NCBI GenBank assembly: GCA_024234055.1
Contig: JACKOW010000001.1
Coordinates: forward strand, 146,710 to 210,709
Direction of reading: 5' to 3'
Source: Rhodanobacteraceae bacterium
GTDB lineage: Bacteria > Pseudomonadota > Gammaproteobacteria > Xanthomonadales > SZUA-5
DNA: 64,000 bases
Shown piece after piece: positions 10,291 through 19,631 of the stretch. Under the pieces are notes generated by a model that was not told where the DNA came from, ran no database searches, and saw only the letters and a program-made list of their open reading frames with translations. The position numbers and the translations under genes were made by a program. The first letter of the stretch is position 1, and each line of letters starts with the position of its first letter.

Positions 10291-11192
10291 GAACTCCCAT
10301 GCGTAAACAGCAGGGCATCGCGCTGGTGATGGTGCTGTGGGTCTCGGTACTGATCGCCGTGCTGCTGGCCAGCTTCAGCCTGAGCGCGCGGGTGGAGGCC
10401 CTGCAGGGGCGCAATCTGCTGGATGCGACCCGGGCGCGCTATGCCGCCGAGGCAGGACTGCATCGCGCCGTGTACGAGATGCGCAGCTCGAATCCGGAGT
10501 TGCGCTGGGTGGCCGATGGCCGGGTCTATCCGATGGAATTCGAAGGCGCCGAGATCGAGATCGAGATCTACGACGAGACCGGCAAGGTCGATCTGAATGT
10601 GGCCGATCCGATCCTGCTCGGTGCACTGTTCGAATCGGGCGGCTTGTCCAGGCCCGATGCCGAAGCGCTGGCCGCAGCCGTGGTTGATTGGCGAGATCCG
10701 GATGATTTGATCAGCCCCAACGGTGCCGAAGAGGGCGAATACCGCGCCGCTGGACGCAACTACAAGCCGCGCAACGCACCGTTCGAGACTGTTTCCGAGC
10801 TGCAGCAGGTACTGGGCATGAGTTTCGAGCTGTACCGGGAACTTGAGCCCTCGCTGACCATCTATTCAGGCAGGGCACAGCCCAATCCGGCCTTCGCCTC
10901 CCCTGAAGTTCTTGCCCTGATTCCCGGTATGAGCCCTGATCTGGTCCAGCTATTCGTGCAACAGCGGCAGCAGGCCATCGGTGGCCCTGCGCCATCCGCA
11001 CTCCCGCTTGCCTTGCCCGACGGTAGTCCCGTGGTGGCGCAGGGCGGGGGCCTTACGTACACTATCCGGTCCCGTGCGACACTGCCGGGCGGAGCGAATG
11101 CCGGTCTGGAAGCAACCGTGCGCCTAGGCGCGAGCATGGTGGCGCGCCGGCCCTTTCGCATCGTCCGCTGGCGCGATGGTGAATTCCGTTAA
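10287..11192 (+). CDS. gspK: minor pseudopilin GspK
   Basis: QQGIALVMVLWVSVLIAVL N-terminus without Phe/Glu5, about 300 aa, typical GspK helix-hairpin-helix region. ATGA overlap with gspJ. Confidence 0.85.
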   Translation: MRTPMRKQQGIALVMVLWVSVLIAVLLASFSLSARVEALQGRNLLDATRARYAAEAGLHRAVYEMRSSNPELRWVADGRVYPMEFEGAEIEIEIYDETGKVDLNVADPILLGALFESGGLSRPDAEALAAAVVDWRDPDDLISPNGAEEGEYRAAGRNYKPRNAPFETVSELQQVLGMSFELYRELEPSLTIYSGRAQPNPAFASPEVLALIPGMSPDLVQLFVQQRQQAIGGPAPSALPLALPDGSPVVAQGGGLTYTIRSRATLPGGANAGLEATVRLGASMVARRPFRIVRWRDGEFR

Positions 11193-11207
11193 CCTATCCC
11201 AGGCTAT

Positions 11208-12338
11208 ATGCTCGAGCTGATCCAGAAGCCATGGCGGCGCCTGAAGCAGCGCTACGAGAAGAGTGGGTTCGCCCAATTCTTGTCGTGGTGGCGCTCTGAA
11301 CTGCTGTCCGCACTGCCCCCCGCCTGGCGCGAGTGGCTCGCGGCCGAGTTGCCCGTGGTTACGCTGTCCCCCGTTACCGACGGCTGGCAGTTGCGGCGGG
11401 TGCGCGCCGGACGTGTGGAAGTCGAGGAAACGGTGGCGGCCGATCGTGACGCCCTGATCGGTGGTGCTGAGCGCCTGCGGGCGGGACAGGAACACGCGCC
11501 GCGTCAGGTGCTGATGTTGCCCGCCGGGCGCACGCTGCGGCGCAGACTGACTCTGCCGCTGGCCGCCGAGGAACACCTGGCTTCGGTGTTGGCTTTCGAG
11601 ATGGATCGGCAAACGCCCTTCCGCGCCGACCAGATCTATTTCGACCATCGTATCCAGAAACGCGATCCCGCTGCCCGGACCATGCTGGTTGAGCTGCTGG
11701 CGGTACCGCGAGCGGTGCTCGATGAATTGCTGCAGAAGGTCGGCAATCTCCCGCTGGACGCCGCCGACGTGGCGATCGCCGAGTTGCCCGCCGGTTTCAA
11801 CCTGCTGCCGGCCGAGCGGCGTGCGCGCCGAGTCGACAAGCGACTGCGGGTCAACCTGATCCTGGGCGCTACCGCTGTGGCCCTGATCTGGCTGGTCATG
11901 TGGCAATCGCTGGCCCTGCGCGAACAGGCCATCGAGCATCTGAACGAAGACAAGGCCCAATCCAGCGCCGCGGCCATGCAAAGCGCCGAACTCAAGCGGC
12001 AGCTGCGTGATGCCATCGAAGGCGCCAGTTTTCTCGCCGACAAGAAGGCCGAACAGGCGGTCACCGTCGATGTGTTGGCCGAGATTACTCGGCTGGTGCC
12101 CGACGACACCTGGCTGGAGCGACTGTCCTTCATCGGCAATCAGGTGCAGTTGCAGGGGCAATCAGCCCGCGCTGACAAGCTGATCGGCATCCTGACCGAT
12201 TCCCGTTGTCTGTCCAAACCGCAGTTCCAGGGGATCATCCAGCCCGATGGAGCCACTGGCAAGGAGCGTTTCAGCCTTGCCGCCGACCTCAAGACCGGAG
12301 CCTGCCATGGCACTGACACTGCTGCCGGCTCCCGGTAA
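11208..12338 (+). CDS. gspL: GspL-like assembly protein (cytoplasmic domain + TM + PilN-like periplasmic domain)
   Basis: 376 aa with a single mid-protein TM (LILGATAVALIWLVMW). Its position after gspK matches xps order. Confidence 0.65.
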   Translation: MLELIQKPWRRLKQRYEKSGFAQFLSWWRSELLSALPPAWREWLAAELPVVTLSPVTDGWQLRRVRAGRVEVEETVAADRDALIGGAERLRAGQEHAPRQVLMLPAGRTLRRRLTLPLAAEEHLASVLAFEMDRQTPFRADQIYFDHRIQKRDPAARTMLVELLAVPRAVLDELLQKVGNLPLDAADVAIAELPAGFNLLPAERRARRVDKRLRVNLILGATAVALIWLVMWQSLALREQAIEHLNEDKAQSSAAAMQSAELKRQLRDAIEGASFLADKKAEQAVTVDVLAEITRLVPDDTWLERLSFIGNQVQLQGQSARADKLIGILTDSRCLSKPQFQGIIQPDGATGKERFSLAADLKTGACHGTDTAAGSR

Positions 12339-12915
12339 GGGCAAGCCCGTTGCCATCGGCCTGGCGCTGATGGTGCTGGTATTGGCCTATTTCCTGATGT
12401 TCCATGGGTTCATCACCCAGCACCTGGCGTATGCCGACGAGATTTCGGATCTGAAGGAGAGCGAGCTGCGTTTCCGCCAGATTGCCGAGCAGCGTCCGCA
12501 GATCGAGCAGCGGCTGGCCGAAGTCCGCCAGTTTCAGGCCGGGGCGAACTATTTTCTGCCCGAGGACAGCTTCGATCTGGCCGCGGCCAACCTCAACAGC
12601 CAGCTCAAGCAGATCATCGCCGACAAGGCCCGCGATCCGCAGCGCTGTCAGCTGATCAGCAGCCAGAACGAACGCCCGACCGCGCCCGAGCCCTACCAGC
12701 GCGTGGTGGTCAAGGTGCGCATGCGCTGTGATCTGGATGATCTGACCGAAATTCTCTACGAACTGGAAAACGCCACGCCCTTTTTGTTCGTGGCCGAACT
12801 CAATCTGTATCAGCAGCTGATGTTCCAGGGCGGCATGCCGCAACCCAATCTCGGCGACATGGATGCGCGCTTTGATGTCTACGGCTACATCCGCAAGCCC
12901 GGAGGTCAGGGATGA
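12307..12915 (+). CDS. gspM: GspM-like assembly protein
   Basis: Start moved to ATG 12307 (MALTLLP..), giving an N-terminal TM (VAIGLALMVLVLAYFLMF). Bitopic, about 200 aa, positioned after gspL. Confidence 0.6.
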   Translation: MALTLLPAPGKGKPVAIGLALMVLVLAYFLMFHGFITQHLAYADEISDLKESELRFRQIAEQRPQIEQRLAEVRQFQAGANYFLPEDSFDLAAANLNSQLKQIIADKARDPQRCQLISSQNERPTAPEPYQRVVVKVRMRCDLDDLTEILYELENATPFLFVAELNLYQQLMFQGGMPQPNLGDMDARFDVYGYIRKPGGQG

Positions 12916-13631
12916 AGCGTGATCTCGGCCAGATGACAACGATTGTCCTTGGAGGCATCTGCGGCGTGTTTGCGCTGATTGCCGTGCTGCAATCGCTGGG
13001 CGTGGGTTCCGGTTATCGCTTGCTGAGTGACGAATCCAGCGAACTTGACGCCGATCTGATGAAACCGATGCAGCAGGTGGCGTTCAACTTGCCGGATTTC
13101 TCTCAATACATCGAGATATCGCAGCGGCCGCTGTTCAACAACGACCGCAAGCCGCGTCCGATCGAGAACAAGGATGCCGGTCAGGTAGCCAGTGACGCGC
13201 CGCCGCCGGTTCCTCTGGATGCGACCTTGCTCGGCGTGCTGATCGATCCCGATCACCAGGTGGCCATCCTCCGCGTCAATACGTCCAGCGCCGTGATCCG
13301 GGTACGCCAGGGCATGCCGTTGCCGGACGACCTCGCCGGTTGGACGCTGCAGGAACTATCGCCGCGCAAGGCCGTCTTTGACGGGGGGCCGCAACAGGGC
13401 AGCGCCGAGCTCAAGCTGGACATGTCGAAGACGCCCACCGGCGCGCCGATGCCGCCGCCGGCTGCAGTGCCGCCGCCGGGGCAGCCCGGTGTGGCTCAAC
13501 AGGCGCAGCCACAGCCAATGCCGGCCGACGAGGCCGCGCGTCAGGCGGAAGTGCAGAGGATCATCGAGCAGCGCCGCGCGCAGATGCGTGCCGAGGCTGA
13601 GAAGATGAATCAGCAGCAAGGGAAGCAGTAG
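12912..13631 (+). CDS. GspC/XpsN-like secretin-interacting protein (no PDZ)
   Basis: N-terminal TM, central HR/PilP-like segment (LLGVLIDPDHQVAILRV), Pro/Gln-rich tail. It occupies the xpsN slot before the secretin. Confidence 0.55.
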   Translation: MKRDLGQMTTIVLGGICGVFALIAVLQSLGVGSGYRLLSDESSELDADLMKPMQQVAFNLPDFSQYIEISQRPLFNNDRKPRPIENKDAGQVASDAPPPVPLDATLLGVLIDPDHQVAILRVNTSSAVIRVRQGMPLPDDLAGWTLQELSPRKAVFDGGPQQGSAELKLDMSKTPTGAPMPPPAAVPPPGQPGVAQQAQPQPMPADEAARQAEVQRIIEQRRAQMRAEAEKMNQQQGKQ

Positions 13632-13672
13632 GGCCTGCTTTGGTCCAGAAACAGGCACTAAGGAGATTTTGG

Positions 13673-16009
13673 GTGAAGAAAGGATTTCGAATCAGCGCGC
13701 TGGCGGCCCTGGTAATGCTGCTGGCCTCATGCGCCTCCATGCCCATGGCTGGCGATGCCGGGCGCGCTCCCGTAGCTGCCAGTGAACGTCAGCCTGACGC
13801 CGTCAAACCCGAGCTGGAAGCGGAGGAGGGTGACAAGGGGGCTGTCGAGGCCGGGAGCACACCGGCCGCAAAGCCCAGCAATGTGTTGCAGGAAGGCACG
13901 GGCCAGCTGATCAACATCGATGCTGCCAGCAAGCTGCCGCGCAAGCCGCCGGAGCAGGGCAAGGCCAGCCTCAACTTCGCCGACATGCCGATCGCCGACG
14001 TGGTCAAGATGATCCTCGGCGATCTGCTGGGAGAGAACTACATCATTTCGGCCGGCGTCAGCGGCACGGTGACCTTCTCCACCGCGCGCCCGGTCACGCC
14101 GGAGCAAGCCTTCTCGATCCTGGAAATGCTGCTGTCCTGGAACAACCTGGCGCTGGTCTACGTTGATGGTCAGTATTCGGTGGTGCCGTCGGCCAATGCC
14201 GTGCGCGGCAATCTGACACCGCGCGTGGGTTCGGCGGAGCAGGCCCGCGGCTATGAGGTACGGGCAGTGCCGCTGGACTACATTGCCCCCACCGAAATGG
14301 AAAAGCTGCTGCAGCCCTATGCCAAGGAGGGCGCGATCCTCAAGGCGGACAACGCCCGCAGCATTATCGTGGTCGCCGGTAGCCGTCGCGAACTGGAAAA
14401 CTACATGGCCACCATCGATGTCTTCGACGTCGACTGGATCAAAGGCATGTCCATCGGCCTGATCACGCTGGAGCAGGCCGAAGCCAAGACCCTCGGCCCC
14501 GAACTCGAGCAGATCTTCGGCGAGCAATCGCAGTCGCCCCTGGCGGGGATGTTCCGCTTCATCCCGATCGAGCGTCTGAACGCGATCATGGTGATCACGC
14601 CGCAGCGGCGCTATCTGGATGAGGCCGAGCGCTGGATCACCCGGCTCGATCAGGGCGGCAATCAGCCCGGCGTGCGGCTCTACGTTTATGACGTGAAGAA
14701 TGTCAAGGCGACGGATCTTGCCGATCGACTCAACGATATCTTCGGCAGTTCCGGCGGCGAGTCCAGCCGAGCCAATACCTCATCGGCGGCCGGCGGTCTG
14801 GCGCCCGGCCTGCAGCCGGTGGAGTTGTCCTCGTCCACTGGCGGCTCGCTGAATCTGCGCGGCCCCACCGGCGAGAAAGCCAGCGAGCCCAAGTCCTCGC
14901 GCAGCAGTGGCAGCAGCGGCAACAGCAGCGACTCACGTCCTGCCGCGGCGTCCGGTGGCGGTGCCGTCGCGGTCGGCGGTGGTGGCGCCGGCGGTGATCA
15001 GGGCCTGGCCATCGTCGAAGGCGACGATATTCGAATCACCGCCGTCGAAGAGAACAATCAGCTCATCATTCGCGCCACGCCGGCCCAGTACGACGCCATC
15101 CGCGGCGCCATCCGCAAGCTCGACTCGGTGCCGCTTCAGGTGCACATCGAGGCGCGACTGCTGGATGTGTCCTTGATCAACAACCTGAGATTCGGTGTGC
15201 AGTGGTACTTCGAGCAGGCTCTGCCGCTGCTGGTGCCGCCCGATGATGGCACCGGCACCGGGGGCGGCTCCTCCGCTGCCAAGGCCGTGGTTGAACGCAT
15301 GGAATACGGTGTCGTCAATGGCACCAGCAACGATTTCATCTTCAGGGGCACCAGCGCGGGTGCACTGGTGCAGATGCTGCAGAGCGAAGGCGATGTCAAG
15401 GTGCTGTCGGCGCCCTCGGTGATGGTGCTGAACAATACCGAGGCGTCCATCAATGTCGGCCAGCAGATTCCGGTGGTCAGCAGTCAGTTCGTAGGCGTAG
15501 GAACCGGCGGTGGCAGCACAGTCGGCCAGAGCTATGTGCAGTTCCGCGATACCGGCATCATCCTCAACGTCAAGCCGCGAGTGAATCCGGGTGGTCTGGT
15601 GTTCATGGAAATCCAGGCCGAACAGAGCACGCCGGGTGCGGCGAGTGATGCCATCGGCGGCAATGTGCCGGTCGACAAGAAGACCATCGAGACCGAAGTG
15701 GCCGTGCAGAGCGGCGACACTGTGCTGCTCGGCGGCCTGATCCAGCAGAACGATTCCAACTCGCAGTCGGGATTCCCGGGCTTGATGAAGATCCCCGTGA
15801 TCGGTCGCTTGTTCGGCAGCAGCAGTCGCGACAACTCTCGCAAGGAGCTGCTGGTGTTGATCACGCCCACTGTCATTCGCGGCGGTGGCGAGAGTGCCCG
15901 GGAATTGACCGAAGAGTACAAGAAGCGCTTTCAGGGGCTATCGCCACTGATCGAAGACATGGAGGCCGCCGAGCGCGCGCGGAAGGAACTCAAGGAATCC
16001 GAGCGCTGA
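13673..16009 (+). CDS. gspD: type II secretion secretin GspD (lipoprotein form)
   Basis: N0-N3 and secretin domains (VLSAPSVMVLNNTEASINVGQQIPV). GTG 13673 lies 7 nt after AAGGAG and gives signal VKKGFRISALAALVMLLAS|C with a lipobox. Confidence 0.93.
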   Translation: MKKGFRISALAALVMLLASCASMPMAGDAGRAPVAASERQPDAVKPELEAEEGDKGAVEAGSTPAAKPSNVLQEGTGQLINIDAASKLPRKPPEQGKASLNFADMPIADVVKMILGDLLGENYIISAGVSGTVTFSTARPVTPEQAFSILEMLLSWNNLALVYVDGQYSVVPSANAVRGNLTPRVGSAEQARGYEVRAVPLDYIAPTEMEKLLQPYAKEGAILKADNARSIIVVAGSRRELENYMATIDVFDVDWIKGMSIGLITLEQAEAKTLGPELEQIFGEQSQSPLAGMFRFIPIERLNAIMVITPQRRYLDEAERWITRLDQGGNQPGVRLYVYDVKNVKATDLADRLNDIFGSSGGESSRANTSSAAGGLAPGLQPVELSSSTGGSLNLRGPTGEKASEPKSSRSSGSSGNSSDSRPAAASGGGAVAVGGGGAGGDQGLAIVEGDDIRITAVEENNQLIIRATPAQYDAIRGAIRKLDSVPLQVHIEARLLDVSLINNLRFGVQWYFEQALPLLVPPDDGTGTGGGSSAAKAVVERMEYGVVNGTSNDFIFRGTSAGALVQMLQSEGDVKVLSAPSVMVLNNTEASINVGQQIPVVSSQFVGVGTGGGSTVGQSYVQFRDTGIILNVKPRVNPGGLVFMEIQAEQSTPGAASDAIGGNVPVDKKTIETEVAVQSGDTVLLGGLIQQNDSNSQSGFPGLMKIPVIGRLFGSSSRDNSRKELLVLITPTVIRGGGESARELTEEYKKRFQGLSPLIEDMEAAERARKELKESER

Positions 16010-16071
16010 CGCGTTCCCCGGCCCACCGACGGTGGACTGAAAGCAGATGATGAAGACCAAGGAGTAGAAGG

Positions 16072-16539
16072 ATGAGATTCAAATTTGGCCCCATGGCGCG
16101 CACCGCGCTGGTTGGGCTTGCCGTGCTCACGCTGGCGGCATGCGGACAGCGCGCCACACGTCCGGAATCCGCTACGGCTGACGTCGGGTCCAAGGCGACG
16201 CCCGAAGAACAAGTCAAGCGCCGCGCGGTCCAGCGCTGGGATCTGCTGATCGAGCGCGACTTCGACAAGGCCTATGACTTGCTCTCTCCGGGCTACCGCG
16301 AAGTGCAGACCCGCGAGAACTATGTTCGGACCATGAAGGACCGTCCGGTGCAGTGGACCAGCGTCTTTTTTCAGAAAGCCACTTGCGAGCCGGACGTTTG
16401 TACCGTAGAAATACAAGTCAATGCTCAGTTTCAGATGCCAGTGATGCGCGTTGGGACAGTGGATGCGCTCAACGTAGTCACCGAAAACTGGATTCTGAGT
16501 GATGGAGAGTGGTACTTGGTTCCGAATGCCGATCGTTGA
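16072..16539 (+). CDS. small lipoprotein, unknown function
   Basis: Signal plus lipobox LTLAA|CGQ, 155 aa, immediately downstream of the secretin gene. Confidence 0.6.
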   Translation: MRFKFGPMARTALVGLAVLTLAACGQRATRPESATADVGSKATPEEQVKRRAVQRWDLLIERDFDKAYDLLSPGYREVQTRENYVRTMKDRPVQWTSVFFQKATCEPDVCTVEIQVNAQFQMPVMRVGTVDALNVVTENWILSDGEWYLVPNADR

Positions 16540-16546
16540 TCGGTTG

Positions 16547-16575
16547 TTGCATGCTTGTTCGAGTTGTCTTAGCAT
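16547..16575 (+). promoter_or_regulatory. candidate sigma70 promoter for the 16677-18269 gene
   Basis: TTGCAT (16547-52), 17-nt spacer, TAGCAT (16570-75), about 100 nt upstream of the ATG. Pattern match only. Confidence 0.3.
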
Positions 16576-16676
16576 TCGTCGTGCTCTCGTCTAACCTTGC
16601 CGAAAAGAGGGGTCAACCCCCAACTCGGAGTAAGGTTGGAATAGGCCAAGCCCTGTAGTTGACTAGGAGTGTTGTA

Positions 16677-18269
16677 ATGAAAAAGAACACCATGGCGACT
16701 GCCATCGTAGCCGGCCTCGCCGGCGTCGCTGGCATCGCGAATATTTCCACCGCGGTGAACCTGAATCCTGATGGCGTTGGTCAGGTCCTGATCTACCCGT
16801 ACTACACCGTCAATGGTGGCAACACGACCGTCATGTCGGTCGTCAACACCACCAGCGCCGGCAAGGCCGTCAAGGTCCGTTTCCTGGATGCGCGCAACTC
16901 GCGTGAAGTGCTCGACTTCAATCTGTACCTGTCCGAGTACGACGTGTGGACCGCCGGTCTGTTCTCGCTGGCCGATTCCGGCCCGGGTAACATCGTCACC
17001 ACCGACACCAGCTGCACCGTGCCGGGTATCGAAGACGGTATCTTCCTGCTGCCGACCCTGGCAGACGGTCGCCGTTACTTCCCGTTCCGTACCTCCGCCT
17101 TCACCGATTTCTCGGCGGCTGGTCTGAACACCGGTGCATTCACCCGTACCCGCGACGGTTACATCGAAATCATCGAGATGGGTTCCATCCCGACGAATTC
17201 GACCTTCGGCAGCGCTCTGACCCACAGCAACGGTCGTCCGGGTTCCTGCGCGTTCCTGGAAGCCGCCTGGTTGGGTTCGGGTAGCCCGGGCGCCAACGGT
17301 ATCTGGGTCCAGGATCCGTTCTTTGACCTCGAGCCGCCGTCGGGTGGTCTGTTCGGTGGCGCCGCCATCGTTGACGTCGCTGACGGTACCTACCTGAGCT
17401 ACAACGCTGAAGCGATCGACGGCTTCTCGGCTTCGATCCAGCACACCGCTCCGGGTTCGCAGCTGCCGAATCTGGCCAGTGTCAACAGCACCACGCCGGG
17501 TAACGTCACCAGCTACGTGTTCGACCGTGGTCGTCTGATCACCAGCAACTGGTCGACCGCCGGTGGTGGTGGTTTCCGCGCTGTGTCGGCTCTGTTCATG
17601 CGTGAAGCCGTGTTCAACGAATACGAGCTGGACGAGAACCTGGGTGCAGGCACTGAGTGGGTGGTCACCTTCCCGACCCGCAAGTTCCACGTGACGGGTT
17701 CGACCACGTTCTCGGCTCCGTTCACCAACGGCTACAGTGGTTGCGAGCGCGTTTCCAGCCGCATCTACGATCGTGAAGAGAACACCTTCGCTCTGTTCGA
17801 CTTCTCGCCGGGTGCTGGCCAGCAGCAGGTTTGCTGGGAAGCCAACCCGCTGTGGTTCTCGAAGACCCCGCTGAGCTCGGGTTCCGCGACGCCGATCCTC
17901 GGCGCTCCGGGTGCAGCCGGCAGCGTTGGTTCGCTGTGGACTGGTATCCCGACCTATCTGGAAGTCTTCGGCATCATCCAGCGCACGTTCACCAACGGCT
18001 GGTTCTGGCTGGGCTTCTACGACGAGAACGCGATCAACGGCCAGGGCATCCCGACCCCGCTGACCCGCGCTCCGCTGGTCGAGACCAACCCGGGTGCTGG
18101 CAACACGCCTGACAGCTACTACGGCCTCCCGGCTGTTGGTTTCTGGGCTCTGCGCGTTGTCAACGTGAACCAGGGCGCTGGTCTGCAGGCCTCGTACGCC
18201 GGTGCTTACCCGCACCGCGCCTCGCGCGCTTGCTTCAAGGGTGCCTACGGTACGGCTCCTTGCGATTGA
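16677..18269 (+). CDS. secreted protein, unknown family; probably highly expressed
   Basis: Signal peptide MKKNTMATAIVAGLAGVAGIANISTA, AGGAG RBS. Gly and Arg codons are predominantly GGT and CGT, where neighbouring genes use GGC and CGC. Strong terminator downstream. Confidence 0.75.
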   Translation: MKKNTMATAIVAGLAGVAGIANISTAVNLNPDGVGQVLIYPYYTVNGGNTTVMSVVNTTSAGKAVKVRFLDARNSREVLDFNLYLSEYDVWTAGLFSLADSGPGNIVTTDTSCTVPGIEDGIFLLPTLADGRRYFPFRTSAFTDFSAAGLNTGAFTRTRDGYIEIIEMGSIPTNSTFGSALTHSNGRPGSCAFLEAAWLGSGSPGANGIWVQDPFFDLEPPSGGLFGGAAIVDVADGTYLSYNAEAIDGFSASIQHTAPGSQLPNLASVNSTTPGNVTSYVFDRGRLITSNWSTAGGGGFRAVSALFMREAVFNEYELDENLGAGTEWVVTFPTRKFHVTGSTTFSAPFTNGYSGCERVSSRIYDREENTFALFDFSPGAGQQQVCWEANPLWFSKTPLSSGSATPILGAPGAAGSVGSLWTGIPTYLEVFGIIQRTFTNGWFWLGFYDENAINGQGIPTPLTRAPLVETNPGAGNTPDSYYGLPAVGFWALRVVNVNQGAGLQASYAGAYPHRASRACFKGAYGTAPCD

Positions 18270-18294
18270 TCCACGCTTGAGTTGTAGCAACACG

Positions 18295-18326
18295 GAAGGG
18301 GGGCGAAAGCCCCCCTTCTTCTTTTC
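18295..18326 (+). terminator. rho-independent terminator
   Basis: GAAGGGGGGC-GAAA-GCCCCCCTTC (10-bp stem) followed by TTCTTTTCC, 26 nt after the stop of the 16677-18269 gene. Confidence 0.85.
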
Positions 18327-18472
18327 CGCGGTCCGAAAGGCGGCGGCATGGCGTTAAGCAACGCTGTCCGAAATTGGTGATGACACCGCCGAGGCACTGT
18401 CAACGATTGCAGTTCACGCCGATCGGTGGCAGCCTTCATGCGCCTTTGAAGTTCTTGTTGGGAGTATGGTTG

Positions 18473-19453
18473 ATGCAGTCGTACCTGCAATCTCGCTTTG
18501 CCTGGTTTGCTCTGATGGCACTGCCTTCTTTTCTGAGCCTGAGCGGCCACGCGACTGCGCAAACCGTGTCACTGGACAACGTCACTCCGATCAGTCTGAG
18601 CAGTTCGTCGACGGTCAGCGCGGTGAGCATCAATGCGTCCACCGGTAACGTGATCGTCCGCTCCTCGGTCGGTGACTACATATCCTGTAACCGGCAACCC
18701 GTTCCGACCATCAACAGTTTTGCTCCCAGTGTTTCTGCCGTGCAGACCGGCGCAAATATCACCCTGAACTGGTCTTCGTCGAACACGACTTCCTGCTCGC
18801 CCAGCCAGGGCGCGGGCACCACCTGGTCCAGTTTCGGCACCCTGCCGACGAGCGGCAGCCAGACCTTTGCCGCACCCGGTACCGCCCAGACCATCACCTT
18901 CCAGCTGACCTGCACCAATGGCACGACCAATGCCAGCCAGACTACTCAGGTGGTCGTCCAATCCGGCGGCGGTGGGGGCAATTGCATCGCCGCCTATCCC
19001 ACGGCGCAAACCGCGAATTACGCGAGCGTATTCAGTAACGCCCAGAACGCCTGGCCGGCCTTTGGCGTTCGCAAGCGCATTCTGGTTCCATTCAATGGCT
19101 ACGTCGCCTACAGTTTCACGGCCACCTCAACCCCCGGCCAGTTCGGTACCTTTGCCACCTCGGACTATCCAGGAGATGGCGACGGTGTTGGCTTGATGTC
19201 CATCTCGGCCCAAAATCAGCAAGGCTGCTTTGATCCCAGCAAGCTGGGCCCCAACTGCCTGTCGCCAGTGTCCCGATTCGTCTCCATCGGTTGGGCCAAC
19301 GGCTCGACCCAGTTCAGCTGTTCGCTGACACCCGGAACCACCTATTGGCTGAATTGGACCTACGGCGGCACCACCGTGCCGGGCTCGGGGCCCTATTGCC
19401 CGATCGGCCCCAGCAGTTGCGGTGCCGACGCCCAGAACCAGGTCCAGGATTGA
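18473..19453 (+). CDS. secreted Cys-containing protein with Ig-like N-terminal domain, unknown function
   Basis: ATG 18473 after GGAG. Signal FALMALPSFLSLSGHATA|QT. Ser/Thr-rich beta-type sequence with paired cysteines. Confidence 0.65.
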   Translation: MQSYLQSRFAWFALMALPSFLSLSGHATAQTVSLDNVTPISLSSSSTVSAVSINASTGNVIVRSSVGDYISCNRQPVPTINSFAPSVSAVQTGANITLNWSSSNTTSCSPSQGAGTTWSSFGTLPTSGSQTFAAPGTAQTITFQLTCTNGTTNASQTTQVVVQSGGGGGNCIAAYPTAQTANYASVFSNAQNAWPAFGVRKRILVPFNGYVAYSFTATSTPGQFGTFATSDYPGDGDGVGLMSISAQNQQGCFDPSKLGPNCLSPVSRFVSIGWANGSTQFSCSLTPGTTYWLNWTYGGTTVPGSGPYCPIGPSSCGADAQNQVQD

Positions 19454-19504
19454 GTCCTGTGCTGATGCTGGTCCGATAGACCCAGGGCCAGCTTTGAATT
19501 CCGC

Positions 19505-19529
19505 GGGTGCAGGGCTCAGCCCTGCACCC
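19505..19529 (+). terminator. terminator-like hairpin
   Basis: GGGTGCAGGGC-TCA-GCCCTGCACCC (11-bp stem) with a weak T tract. Confidence 0.5.
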
Positions 19530-19631
19530 GTACTCAGTTGCAACTTTTCCGCCGACCTGTGGTCATTGATGTCTCCCAGATGCGTTTTCGGCGCATTCTG
19601 CCAATGATCCGTTCAACAGCGAGTACCCTTC

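Noticed and set aside
7811-16009. Alternative reading of the secretion cluster as a type IV pilus (PilM/N/O/P/Q-like) system.
   Set aside because: The cluster has a GspK-type protein, the H-I-J minor pseudopilin set, a single GspE and GspF, xps gene order and no retraction ATPase. These features fit a T2SS.
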